A stretch of 64,000 nt of DNA from an uncultured Victivallales bacterium. Lineage in GTDB: Bacteria > Verrucomicrobiota > Lentisphaeria > Victivallales > UBA1829. The stretch lies in assembly GCA_944391115.1 (NCBI GenBank), contig CALXSJ010000003.1, forward strand, positions 167,574-231,573. Direction: 5' to 3'. Position numbers and translations under genes: made by a program. Below, in pieces: positions 53,415 to 63,254 of the stretch; positions within the stretch are counted from its first letter, which is position 1, and each line of letters starts with the position of its first letter. The notes beneath the pieces were generated by a model. It did no database searches. It saw only the letters and a program-made list of their open reading frames with translations, and was not told the origin of the DNA.

Positions 53415-55865
53415 ATGAATAAGATATCCTTCACGCTGCATGCCGCGCTGGCTCTGCTGATCCTGAACGGATGCGGCACCGTCCGGGAAAAGAATGCGGA
53501 TCCGTCCGGTGCGGTTCAGACGGCAAAAGTGATTCTGCCGACGACCTACGATGAAGTGAACAGTGTTGTGAACCGGGCGAAGAATCAGATGAAAAACAAT
53601 CCGGCGCAGGTTCTGGAAACAATGCGCCGTTTTCTGGCGGCCCATCAGACACTGGATGAACGCCAGAGCAACCGTTTTTATCCTCAGCTGCTGGTGAGCG
53701 CCCGCGCTGTGTCTCAGGATGAATTCCGGAAGGAACTGGCGAAGATCCGCGCATGGAAGGAAAACGGATTAAAGAAAAGCGTCCGGCAGAACATCATCCA
53801 TGCGCTCTGCGAAGATTTCCCGTCCGAGGCGGAAACGCTGCTCCGGGAAGAGGCCCGGAATCTTGACGCCGGCCAGATTCTGCGCGTCTATCAGCAGCTG
53901 GCCGGACAGGCTCTCTGGATTCGGGCCGATGAAAAGGAGTTTCTCCGTTTCTTTGAACTTGCCGGAAGTGTCGGAAGCGGTGACCGGAAGCTTGCGCCCC
54001 GGCAGAAGAAGAACCTTCAGGCGAACATCGGATCGGTGCGTCTGAACATGGTGGGCGAATATGTGAAATATGATGCGGCGAAAGCGGAAAAATTTATCGC
54101 CGCGCGGAAAAAACTCTTCAATGCCGCGGATGAATGCGTCATCCGGAAGCATTTCATCCTTGCCGCTCTGGAACAGAAAAACCGTCCGCTCTATGACGCG
54201 GAAATGGCGAAGCTGAGGAAGCTTCCGGATTCCCGGCAGAAATATTACGCGATGCTGGATATCGCGCGGTCGCTCTGCAGATTTTCGCGTCCGGCGGCGG
54301 AAAAAATGCGGACGGAGCTGCTTTCGAAAAAGCTGGATCCGTCCATTCGCTACAGCGTCATGGCGCTCTGCATGGATCTCTATCCGGCGCAGGGGTTCAA
54401 TTACCGGTTCAATGAACCGGGACTTTACCGGAAATTCAAAAGCGCCGCGCAGGAAACCCTTCAATTCGCCGCGCAGCACAAAATTGACAACACCAGCGTC
54501 AAATCTTTCCGCATCAACACCTTGCGGAAAGCGATGGATTTTGATGACATGGTCTTTGCCGATGAACTGGCGGGAAAAATCCGTCAATTTTCCGGCAAAG
54601 ACAAAGGACGGGATCTCCTGCTGGCGGAATATTTCCTGCGCCGCGGAAACAGCGCGCAGGCGTGTGAAACACTCGCCGGAATCGGCAGGGATTTTCCCGC
54701 CGAGAGGAAATTCACCGATGACATGCTTTTTTTCCTGAAAGGCGGCACCCCGGTGAAATTCGGTTCCACTCCGGAAACGAAATGTCTTACCGATGTGGAG
54801 CGCATGACGCGCCTGCGTCAGGTCAGCACTTTTCTGTTCCGTGCGCTCCGGTATGACGAGGTGCGCGCGATTCAGAAAGAAGTCCGGGAAAATATGTTCG
54901 CTCCGGTTCAGAAGAAGATCTATACGGTTAAATTTGACGCCAATGCTCCCAAAACCGCCGACGCCTGGTCCCGTATGGAATCCTACCGCGACTGGAACGG
55001 CATGGAAACCCGCTTCGAACGCTATGACAACGGCTATGAGATCAGCAGGACCACCGATGCGACGCGTCATCTCAGGAGTTCCCCGGTCCTGAGTGCGCCG
55101 GAAGAATACAGGACGGGTCTCTATGCGGTCTGCGACGCGGAAGGCCTGCATCTTTTCATCCGCGGCGATGATCCGGAAATCGGGGAAGTCGTTCTCGGAA
55201 AACGTGATGCGGGCGGACTGGAACTCTCCATGCGGCCGGGCGAAAAGGAAGTCTACCACTCCTGGTATATGAATGAACTGCCCCGGACGCTGGACCCGTG
55301 GGATGTCAACTGGTCTGCGCCAACCAGGGATTACCGCCTGACCTATGATTACATGACGAAGGACGCCATCACCACTCCCGAAGGCATTGCCGCACATACC
55401 TTCATTCCGTGGTACATGTTTTATGACAAGCTGCCGGTCAATGGGAACAACTGGTATTTCGGGATGCAGTTCTGGCGTCGGAAGGTTTCCCTGACTCTTT
55501 CCGGCAACGTTCATGAGCAGTCGCGCATGCTGGAACTCCGCTTTGACCTCACTCCGGCTCAGATCAATGCGCTGCGCAGAAACATGGCGATCCGCGCCTT
55601 CAACGCCTACAACACTCTGCGTCAGAACAAGGGCGAATTCATTCTCACCTGGAATGACGGTCAGCTCGGCGATCCCCGTTTCTTCAAGCAGGAGGTTGAA
55701 CCGCTGATTGCGAAACTCGATCAGGCCGGCAGGAAACTTTTCGAATCTCCGAATCTTCCGGATGAGTTCTATGCTGAATTTACTCCGCAGTGGGCTGAAA
55801 TCAAGTATATCATTGCGGAGAAACGCGCACGGTATCTGAAACAGTCTCTGTTTGCCGAGCCGTAA
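53415..55865 (+). CDS. lipoprotein, helical-repeat N-terminal region + CBM9-like C-terminal domain
   Basis: Lipobox LILNGC. The ATG lies 2 nt after the upstream stop. The C-terminal ~300 aa have a CBM9-like pattern (GLHLFIRGDD...HTFIPWYMF). Confidence 0.5.
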   Translation: MNKISFTLHAALALLILNGCGTVREKNADPSGAVQTAKVILPTTYDEVNSVVNRAKNQMKNNPAQVLETMRRFLAAHQTLDERQSNRFYPQLLVSARAVSQDEFRKELAKIRAWKENGLKKSVRQNIIHALCEDFPSEAETLLREEARNLDAGQILRVYQQLAGQALWIRADEKEFLRFFELAGSVGSGDRKLAPRQKKNLQANIGSVRLNMVGEYVKYDAAKAEKFIAARKKLFNAADECVIRKHFILAALEQKNRPLYDAEMAKLRKLPDSRQKYYAMLDIARSLCRFSRPAAEKMRTELLSKKLDPSIRYSVMALCMDLYPAQGFNYRFNEPGLYRKFKSAAQETLQFAAQHKIDNTSVKSFRINTLRKAMDFDDMVFADELAGKIRQFSGKDKGRDLLLAEYFLRRGNSAQACETLAGIGRDFPAERKFTDDMLFFLKGGTPVKFGSTPETKCLTDVERMTRLRQVSTFLFRALRYDEVRAIQKEVRENMFAPVQKKIYTVKFDANAPKTADAWSRMESYRDWNGMETRFERYDNGYEISRTTDATRHLRSSPVLSAPEEYRTGLYAVCDAEGLHLFIRGDDPEIGEVVLGKRDAGGLELSMRPGEKEVYHSWYMNELPRTLDPWDVNWSAPTRDYRLTYDYMTKDAITTPEGIAAHTFIPWYMFYDKLPVNGNNWYFGMQFWRRKVSLTLSGNVHEQSRMLELRFDLTPAQINALRRNMAIRAFNAYNTLRQNKGEFILTWNDGQLGDPRFFKQEVEPLIAKLDQAGRKLFESPNLPDEFYAEFTPQWAEIKYIIAEKRARYLKQSLFAEP

Positions 55866-55908
55866 TCAGCGGAGCCGGCACAGCTCCCGTGCCTTTCCCG
55901 TCCGGGAA

Positions 55909-56790
55909 TCAACCGCCAAAAGGATACGGGGGAGTGCCGGCGCCGGCTTTTGTCTGCCGGAGTGCGGAATCCCGCCCCCCGGGTTCCAGCCATTCTTTCC
56001 TGTAGCGCGACGGGGAATATCCGGTTTTCTGGCGGAAAAGCCTTGAAAACGAACTGAAGTCATTGAATCCGCACTGCATGGCGACTTCCTGAATCTGAAG
56101 TCTGTGGTTCCGGAGCAGTTCCATGGCATGGTAAATCCGCTGAGTCATGACGAATTCATGGGGCGCAATCCGGTTGACTCTTTTGAAAAACTTCCGGAAT
56201 CCGCTGTAAGACATATGGAACTCCTCCGCGGCAATGGTTTTGAAATCGTAGTCGGAAAACGGGGAAAAACGGATCTTCTTGATCAGGGCTTCCATTTTCA
56301 TGTCGATCAGCGGCTGTCCGTGTTCGCGGAAGTGGATTGCGGTAAGCTGTGCGAGAAGCTCCTCCATGCAGAGCACTGCGCGGGGATGGTCTTTTCTGGA
56401 GCGCGTGGAGATATAGTCCTGCATTCTGCTGTATACCGGAGTGAACTGCGCTTCGTCCTCCGGCATGAGTTCCACATATCCGCGCGGCCACATCCGATCG
56501 AGACTGCCGATCATGCGTTCCGCCCGGGCGCCGGTGCAGTTGGTCCATGCGTGCGTGCGGCCTTCTCTGGTCTGTGTCCCGTAAATATAGTAATTTCCCG
56601 GTGAAAGCCAGAACACCACGGGCGGCGTCAGAGTCACGGACTCCTCCGTATTTTTGGCAAACGTGAAGCTGCCTCTCCGGCAGTATTCCAGACTCCAGAA
56701 CCAGCTCGGCTGAACACGTGTCCGCACCGCGTGGGCGTAGGGCGCCAGCGCCCCGAAATAGGTGAATGCGATGTCGTCAAAGTAGCTCAT
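55909..56790 (-). CDS. AraC-family transcriptional regulator
   Basis: C-terminal double HTH (...IAAEEFHMSYSGFRKFFKRVNRIAPHEF...VAMQCGFNDFSSFSRLFRQKTGYSPSRYR). Confidence 0.85.
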   Translation of the reverse strand: MSYFDDIAFTYFGALAPYAHAVRTRVQPSWFWSLEYCRRGSFTFAKNTEESVTLTPPVVFWLSPGNYYIYGTQTREGRTHAWTNCTGARAERMIGSLDRMWPRGYVELMPEDEAQFTPVYSRMQDYISTRSRKDHPRAVLCMEELLAQLTAIHFREHGQPLIDMKMEALIKKIRFSPFSDYDFKTIAAEEFHMSYSGFRKFFKRVNRIAPHEFVMTQRIYHAMELLRNHRLQIQEVAMQCGFNDFSSFSRLFRQKTGYSPSRYRKEWLEPGGRDSALRQTKAGAGTPPYPFGG

Positions 56791-56918
56791 TGGTCAAAAC
56801 AGTCAAATTTTTTATCATTTCAGCCATTCTAATTTCGGGAAAATATAATATAATAAATAGAAAATGGCAATCAGGATATGCGAAAATCAATTAAAAATTA
56901 TGCAAAAAGGACCTTGTT

Positions 56919-58598
56919 ATGTTCCATAAGCTGAATCCGCAGGAAAAACGCTGGGTGGAAGAGACTCTGCGCACCATGACGCTTGATGAAAAGATCGGAC
57001 AGCTGGACTGCGAATTCGCGCCGCGCATCATGAGCGACAAGTGCGATCACAGGGCATATCTTGAACGCTATCCGCTTGGGATCGTCTGGATCGGACATTA
57101 TGGAAAGCCTCCGCACGGAGGAATGCGCAACTCCGAGATTTCCGCCGGAATTACGGGACCGTTTGAAAACATCCTGCGGATCCCCCCTCTTTTCTGCGGT
57201 GACTACGAGGCGGGGCTCGGCGAGGAGATCGAGGGATTCACCAAGCTTCCGCGCATGATGAGTCTCGGTGCGACGTTTGATCCGGCCGACTGCTACGAAT
57301 TCGGCAGGATTCTTTCCGAAGAGGCGCGCATTGCCGGCATCAACCTGATCTGCGGAACGGTCTCCGACCTGAATCTCAATCCGGGAAATCCTGTCACGAA
57401 CGTCCGTTCGATCAGCGACAATGCCGAATACGCCGCGCGCGGTCTGGCGGAGGTGACAAGGGGCATTCAGGATAACGGCGTGGCCGCGTGTTCCAAGCAT
57501 TTCCCCGGCGACGGCGTCGACATCCGCAACCAGCATTATGTGACAAGCCTGAACACGCTCTCCCGGGAAGAGTGGTTCGCACAGCACGGACGGGTGTTCA
57601 AAACTCTGATTGACGCCGGCGTCATGACGATGATGATCGGACACCTCGGACTGCCTTTTTTCGACCGTCCGGACCCGGCGGACGGCCGTTACCGTCCCGC
57701 CTCGCTGAACAGACATATCCTGCGCGATCTTCTGCGCGGCGAACTCGGATTTGAAGGCCTGATCATGACCGATTCCATGAAGATGGCCGGCTATTCCTCC
57801 TGGTTCCGCTCGGAGGAGGAACGGATTCTGGAATCCTTCAACGCCGGCGTCGATTTCTTCCTCTTTCCCGGCGCGGAAACCTTTTTCCGGACCATGAGAC
57901 GCGCTCTGGACGAGGGACGCGTCTCCATCGAACGGCTTGATGAATCCGTCCGGAGGATTCTTTCCGTCAAGGCGCTCCTGAAACTCCATCTGCCGAAACA
58001 GGCGCCGTCCGACGCGGAACCGTTCTCCGCAGTCCAGGCGCGCAACCGCCGTTCCGCGGAACGGATTGCGGAGAAAAGCATCACCCTCCTGCGGAACCGG
58101 AGCGGTCTGCTGCCGCTGAAGCTGGAAAAGGGCTCCCGGATCCTGCTGCTTTCCACGCCCGACGTTCCCGCGGCGCACGGAAGCATGATTCCGTTCTGGG
58201 AGGAGCTGAAGAAACGCACCTATGAAGTGAACTATCTGCCGTTCAAGTTTTTCCATACGGTCAGCATGGTCCCGGAGGCCTACGACATGACGATTCTGAT
58301 CTGCTGCGCGCAGTCCCGCTACGGCGATCCGCGCGGCTTCGATTCCACCATCTGGCCGTTCATGTCTGCCCCGCTCAGAAGACGTCTGATCATCTCCTTC
58401 GGCACGCCGTATTATCTGTATGACGTGGATTCCGCGGACACTTATATCAATGCCTATTCCAACAGCCCCGTCGCGCAGACAGCGGTTGCAAAGGCGATAT
58501 TCGGGGAACTGCCGTTCACCGGCCGCTCCCCGGTCTCCATGCCCTATTGTTTCCGCTTCGGAGACGGGATACAACTCGGCACAACGGAAAAGGAGTAA
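56919..58598 (+). CDS. GH3-family glycoside hydrolase (beta-hexosaminidase/glucosidase-like), cytoplasmic
   Basis: [30 protein letters not shown] (GH3 nucleophile region). No signal peptide. Confidence 0.85.
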   Translation: MFHKLNPQEKRWVEETLRTMTLDEKIGQLDCEFAPRIMSDKCDHRAYLERYPLGIVWIGHYGKPPHGGMRNSEISAGITGPFENILRIPPLFCGDYEAGLGEEIEGFTKLPRMMSLGATFDPADCYEFGRILSEEARIAGINLICGTVSDLNLNPGNPVTNVRSISDNAEYAARGLAEVTRGIQDNGVAACSKHFPGDGVDIRNQHYVTSLNTLSREEWFAQHGRVFKTLIDAGVMTMMIGHLGLPFFDRPDPADGRYRPASLNRHILRDLLRGELGFEGLIMTDSMKMAGYSSWFRSEEERILESFNAGVDFFLFPGAETFFRTMRRALDEGRVSIERLDESVRRILSVKALLKLHLPKQAPSDAEPFSAVQARNRRSAERIAEKSITLLRNRSGLLPLKLEKGSRILLLSTPDVPAAHGSMIPFWEELKKRTYEVNYLPFKFFHTVSMVPEAYDMTILICCAQSRYGDPRGFDSTIWPFMSAPLRRRLIISFGTPYYLYDVDSADTYINAYSNSPVAQTAVAKAIFGELPFTGRSPVSMPYCFRFGDGIQLGTTEKE

Positions 58599-58602
58599 GA
58601 GC

Positions 58603-59427
58603 ATGTCATATTCCGATGAGAAAAATGAAGCGGAGAAGATGCGGAAAAACAAACTTTCCGTCCGAAGCTCCTTATTGCCCTTCCGTCCCCCGCGGTACGT
58701 GGAAAACGTATTTTTCACCTTGATCGAGCTCCTCATCGTGATTGCGATCATCGCCATCCTGGCGTCGCTCCTCCTGCCCGCGCTGAATGTGGCAAGGGCA
58801 AAGGCGAAAGCCGTCGCCTGCACCGGCAAATTGAAGCAGCTCGGATTCGGCATCAACTGCTACACTTCCGATTACCGGGAATATTTCCCTCCCGGAAAAA
58901 TGGGATTGAATCAGTGGATGATTCTGCTTTATCCCTATGTGAAAAATGACTGCGGCGACGGCATCCGCGGCTATCGGAATTTTTCTCAGAACACAATCTG
59001 GCACTGTCCTTCGACGGCAAACCCCGAAATAGAACAGCCGGCCAGAATCAGCTATGGATATAACGTTATGCTGTTCGGCGGAAACGACTATGAGCCAAAC
59101 CCCTGGCAGACCGCTGTGACGCCCCCGATCAAGGCGGCGCAGATCAAACATCCCTCCCGGCAGCTGATTGTCTGCGACACCTGGCTGACCAATACGTCGC
59201 TGAATGGACGGAGCGGCGGATATTATATTCTGGAGGCCGCCTCCAATTTTGCACTGCGCCATTCCCGGAGGTGCAATGTCGCCTATTTCGGCGGAAATGT
59301 GAATCCGGAGGATGTCTACCGGACCATCTGGACGCATCCCTGCTATTATCCTGTCAACTGTCATCTGAACGACAGGGAAATGTATTACAGCAACGGCATC
59401 GCCAAACCGGAGTTTTCCCCTTATTAA
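58603..59427 (+). CDS. prepilin-type N-terminal helix / H-X9-DG family pseudopilin-like protein (variant H-X9-GG, long leader)
   Basis: [24 protein letters not shown] preceded by a 46-aa leader. [15 protein letters not shown] at 58603 follows AAGGAG, 4 nt after the GH3 stop. Confidence 0.8.
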   Translation: MSYSDEKNEAEKMRKNKLSVRSSLLPFRPPRYVENVFFTLIELLIVIAIIAILASLLLPALNVARAKAKAVACTGKLKQLGFGINCYTSDYREYFPPGKMGLNQWMILLYPYVKNDCGDGIRGYRNFSQNTIWHCPSTANPEIEQPARISYGYNVMLFGGNDYEPNPWQTAVTPPIKAAQIKHPSRQLIVCDTWLTNTSLNGRSGGYYILEAASNFALRHSRRCNVAYFGGNVNPEDVYRTIWTHPCYYPVNCHLNDREMYYSNGIAKPEFSPY

Positions 59428-59454
59428 AACAACAATCACTATGGAGAAAGAGCT

Positions 59455-60480
59455 ATGAAAAAACTGTTTTTTGCCACCGCTCTCGCCGCCGGCATTTTCC
59501 ACATGGAGGCCGATGCCCTGAAGGTTCAGCCGGACATTCTTGATACGGCAAAACCCGTAACAGTCACATTGACGCTCGATAAACCGGCGGATTCGGCGTG
59601 TCTGGAACTCCGTGCCTATCAGCGTCCCTTCCAGCTGAACGGGTCCGACCGGATCGCGCTGAAACCTTCCGCGGACAGAAAAACATTTCAGGCACAGTTC
59701 CCTGCGGAAACCTTTTATCATCCTGTCTATGCGACGGGGAGAAACAACGGGGGAAGCGCGCTGGAAGCTGTTCCGGTCGTCGTCCGGAACGGCGCGGAAA
59801 TCCGCCTGAAAGCGGCAAAGCCGTGGAAACTGATCCGCACTTTCCCCCTCCCGATGAAAGCCAACGCTGTGAAAGGCTGTGATGGAAAATTCGGCAGGGG
59901 ACTCGCCTTTGACGGAAAGGACGCCATGGCGGCGGTCAACCGGATGCGTTTCCATGCGGAGAGAGGCACAATCGAAGGCTGGTTCTTCCTGCCGCTTCTC
60001 CTGAAGAAAGGATCCTCCATCCTCTGTTTCATCCAGAGCGCGGACGGCTCCCCGTGGCGCTATCACCAGCTTTCGGTCCCGGCGAATTCGCGCAAGGTGC
60101 AGTATCTGACCTACAATGGACAGCCCAAAAACGCTGTCAGCATCATCACGTCAAAGGAGATCGCCTCCGAGGACTGGATTCACATTATGGCAACCTACGA
60201 TCTTTCCGCAAAGAAGATGGAGCTTTTCATCAACGGCGAAAGTCAGGGCTCCGCCCCCTACACGGTCCCGTGCGGAGGCAAGACCGCCGACCTGAATATC
60301 GGCGCGCGCATTCACAACACGGGAAACACCTATCAGTTTATCGGCGGATGCCAGATGATGCTTGACGACCTGCGCATCTCCGACACGGTCCGTCCGGCGG
60401 CAATGCCGGAAAAGGCTCTGGCAAATGATGCGAACACGCTTCTGCTGCTCGGATGCGACGGCGCGGATGTGATGAAATAA
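59455..60480 (+). CDS. secreted LamG (concanavalin-A-like lectin) domain protein
   Basis: Signal peptide MKKLFFATALAAGIF. C-terminal GTIEGWFFLP...WIHIMATYDLSAKKMELFINGES...LDDLRIS, typical LamG. Confidence 0.65.
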   Translation: MKKLFFATALAAGIFHMEADALKVQPDILDTAKPVTVTLTLDKPADSACLELRAYQRPFQLNGSDRIALKPSADRKTFQAQFPAETFYHPVYATGRNNGGSALEAVPVVVRNGAEIRLKAAKPWKLIRTFPLPMKANAVKGCDGKFGRGLAFDGKDAMAAVNRMRFHAERGTIEGWFFLPLLLKKGSSILCFIQSADGSPWRYHQLSVPANSRKVQYLTYNGQPKNAVSIITSKEIASEDWIHIMATYDLSAKKMELFINGESQGSAPYTVPCGGKTADLNIGARIHNTGNTYQFIGGCQMMLDDLRISDTVRPAAMPEKALANDANTLLLLGCDGADVMK

Positions 60481-60493
60481 TGAGGTTTCGAGA

Positions 60494-62965
60494 ATGAAAT
60501 ACGCATTTTCCGCACTGCTGATTCCAGCTTTCTGCATTCTCCTGTTTCCTGCGCATGCAATCGAAAAGATCACGCTTGTCCGGGACGGGAAGGCGCAGTC
60601 TGCCATCATTCTTTCCAGCCGTCCGACTTCGACGGCGCAGTTCAGCGCAATGGAGCTCAATCATCACATCCGCCTGATATCGGGTGCCGAACTCCCGATT
60701 GTGAAAGAAGGAGAAGCATTCCGCGGATTCGGGATCTATGTGGGGGAGACGGATTACGCCAGGAAAAACGGGTTCCGTCCCGAGGATTTCCAGATGGAGG
60801 AATCGCAGATCAAATTCACGGCGGACGCCATGATTCTGATCGGGCGCGACGTGCGGGCATTCGGCAAACCCGTTCCCGGAAGCATGGCAAATGTTCCCTC
60901 TCTCTACTATTACAACAAGGGAACCCTGTATGCGACATACGACTTTCTGGAACGCTACCTCGGCATCCGCTGGTATGCTCCGACCGATGCCGGAACCGCA
61001 TGGATTCCCCGGAAGACCATTGAAATCATCCCGAAGGATCTCCGGCGGAAACCGGCCATGTCCGCTTTCCGTCACGCATGGCTGCCGAAAATCCTGATGG
61101 AACGCGGAAAGGAATTCAGCAAGTATGACTGCAATCTTCTGAAACTGCGCTGGCGCCAGGCGATCAATTACGGCTACTGCAATCACAACGTTTACAGTAT
61201 CTGGTACCGTCACTGGGGCCGGGCGAAAGATCCGGAAAAGGCGAAATATTTCATTGAAAAACGCCCGCAGTACTTCGCGCAGGGCTACAAGGGGAAAAGC
61301 GCCCGGCATCTGATCGGGCTCCGCGCCCAGTATCCGGACGATCCCGATCTGCCGCCCCAGCTCTGCAATTCGAACGAGGAGGTCATCCGCTTCTTTGCTG
61401 ACGAGGCCGCCGCGAAATACGAGGGCGGCGGCGAACGAGGTCTGGGAATGAACATTGCGAAAGTGCCCGGTCTTCCGTGGTATTACCCGATTGAACCGGA
61501 CGACAACAACGGATTCTGCCTTTGTCCGGATTGTCTTGCCCAGTTCAGGGAGAAGCGCGTCAACGGCGAGCGTCCGACCAGCTACATCCACTTCAACTGG
61601 ATCAGCCGGATTGCGCGCGAGGCGGCAAAACGCAATCCCCGAATCAACATTGTCACGCTGGCCTACAACAACACGCTGACATATCCGGCGGGACTTGACA
61701 TCGCTCCGAATGTCGGCATTCAAATGTGTCTCACTCCCTATGACTTCTGGGTCAATTATGACGGTTCCGCAAAAAAGTATCAGGCGTGGATCGACAATGG
61801 CGAAGCGAAGAAACGCATGATGACGATCTGGACTTACATGTTTTCCGGAGCCTGGTATGCCGTGCGCGTCGATAAAAATCAATACTTCTTTCCGATGTTT
61901 GCGCCGGAACACACGGCGGAACTCTTCCGGAAATTCGCGGCGGACGGCATTCAGGGCTGGTTCGGCGAAACACCCGATGAAATCGGAATTCCTTTCTGGC
62001 ATACGCAGCTGGAGACTTATCTGGCCCATAAGCTCGCAGACGATCCGACGCTGGATCCCAAACAGCTGATCGGCGAATTCTTCCCTCTCTATTACGGGAG
62101 TGCGGCGGAACCGATGCGGAACTTCTACCGGCTGGTGGAAGACGCCGCATGGGAAAAATCCCTCTACGGAAGCGGCAACAAGGTGATTAATGAATCCTTC
62201 AACTGGGGAAAAATCGGCACGAAGGAACGCATGGAAACTCTGGCTGGATATATCGCACAGGCCCGGCGTCTTGTAAAATCCCCTGTGGAAAAACAGCGTC
62301 TTGCATGGTTCGTTGACGGAGTCTGGAAACCCATGCTGGCGGGGCGGGCCGCTTACGACAGGAAACAACAGTTCCGCTCCCGTCCCGCACCCGAGGGAAA
62401 GGCGTTCCGTGTCGCCGATGCCTCCGGCGATCCAGCCAAGGTCGATTGGACTCGAATTCCAGCCCTTCGCCCGTTCAAGACAATTTCAGGTTTCCCCGGC
62501 GGATCGGGCAGGGAATTGAAGTGCGCCCATGACGGAACATTCTTCTATCTCGTCTTTACGGAAAAGGGAGATACTTCAAAGCTGCGGAACGCACCCGATC
62601 TCTGGAGCGGGGACGGAATCGAATTCCTGATTTCAGGAACACGGGCGCGCCCCTATGTGCAGTATGCTGTGAATCCGGGCGGAAAAAGCGCGATGATCGG
62701 CTATTACTACGAGAACATGGTTGCGTATTCCCATGCGCTGAACAGCCGGGCCGTCCTCCGGAGCACCATGACGGAAAACGAATGGCGTGTCGAAGGTGCG
62801 ATTCCGCTGAACGAGATTCCGACGGAGAAAACATTATGCCCGGGCAACGTCTTCTATTTCAACTTCTTCCGCACGATTCCCGGAATGGTGTCACTGGCAT
62901 GGAGTCCGACTTACACGAATTCCTATCACGAACTGGAAAGAATGGGAAAAATAATATTGGAATGA
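60494..62965 (+). CDS. secreted DUF4838-like protein + CBM9-like domain (paralog c)
   Basis: Signal peptide MKYAFSALLIPAFCILLFPAHA. Paralog motif CLCPDCLAQF...TLAYN. C-terminal CBM9-like block (WRVEGAIPLNEI...YHELERMG). Confidence 0.6.
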   Translation: MKYAFSALLIPAFCILLFPAHAIEKITLVRDGKAQSAIILSSRPTSTAQFSAMELNHHIRLISGAELPIVKEGEAFRGFGIYVGETDYARKNGFRPEDFQMEESQIKFTADAMILIGRDVRAFGKPVPGSMANVPSLYYYNKGTLYATYDFLERYLGIRWYAPTDAGTAWIPRKTIEIIPKDLRRKPAMSAFRHAWLPKILMERGKEFSKYDCNLLKLRWRQAINYGYCNHNVYSIWYRHWGRAKDPEKAKYFIEKRPQYFAQGYKGKSARHLIGLRAQYPDDPDLPPQLCNSNEEVIRFFADEAAAKYEGGGERGLGMNIAKVPGLPWYYPIEPDDNNGFCLCPDCLAQFREKRVNGERPTSYIHFNWISRIAREAAKRNPRINIVTLAYNNTLTYPAGLDIAPNVGIQMCLTPYDFWVNYDGSAKKYQAWIDNGEAKKRMMTIWTYMFSGAWYAVRVDKNQYFFPMFAPEHTAELFRKFAADGIQGWFGETPDEIGIPFWHTQLETYLAHKLADDPTLDPKQLIGEFFPLYYGSAAEPMRNFYRLVEDAAWEKSLYGSGNKVINESFNWGKIGTKERMETLAGYIAQARRLVKSPVEKQRLAWFVDGVWKPMLAGRAAYDRKQQFRSRPAPEGKAFRVADASGDPAKVDWTRIPALRPFKTISGFPGGSGRELKCAHDGTFFYLVFTEKGDTSKLRNAPDLWSGDGIEFLISGTRARPYVQYAVNPGGKSAMIGYYYENMVAYSHALNSRAVLRSTMTENEWRVEGAIPLNEIPTEKTLCPGNVFYFNFFRTIPGMVSLAWSPTYTNSYHELERMGKIILE

Positions 62966-63253
62966 AACCCGTCTGGACAAGGGGGGATGAACGTCCATTC
63001 CGGAAGTTTTGCTCTCATTTCCGCCCTGCAGTTCCCGAATCCATTCAGATGATGGGATGGGCCGCTGCATTACGGGAAAAAGAAGCTAATGGAAGGAGCT
63101 TCCGAAATTTTTCTGTCCAAGGCCGGGCGAAAAGCAGGCAAACCATATACTGAGGATGATCTGATGAGGAAAATCGGACACCTTGAAATTGGGAATGACT
63201 TTTTACGAAATATGTCCATATCCTGCGGCTTGAATCCAGAAAAGCTCAAATAA
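62962..63253 (+). mobile_element. decayed IS3-family orfA (HTH_Tnp_1-type transposase) remnant, no DDE orfB
   Basis: Frame 2 reads ...KKKLMEGASEIFLSKAGRKAGKPYTEDDLMRKIGHLEIGNDFLRNM*, matching the IS3 OrfA pattern ...WKRQLLEGASE.F...KIG.L..ENDFL. An N-terminal fragment (RKFCSHFRPAVPESI, cf. RKYS.EFKAKV.LEAL) lies in another frame, with the HTH core deleted and an in-frame stop. Confidence 0.5.
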
Positions 63254-63254
63254 G

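Noticed and set aside
56898-62368. 652-aa (56898-58856), 464-aa (58672-60066) and 676-aa (60338-62368) minus-strand ORFs in the module 4 region.
   Set aside because: They run antisense to the GH3, pseudopilin, LamG and DUF4838-like genes, which have RBSs, signal peptides and family motifs. The minus-strand translations are low-complexity and lack starts with an RBS.
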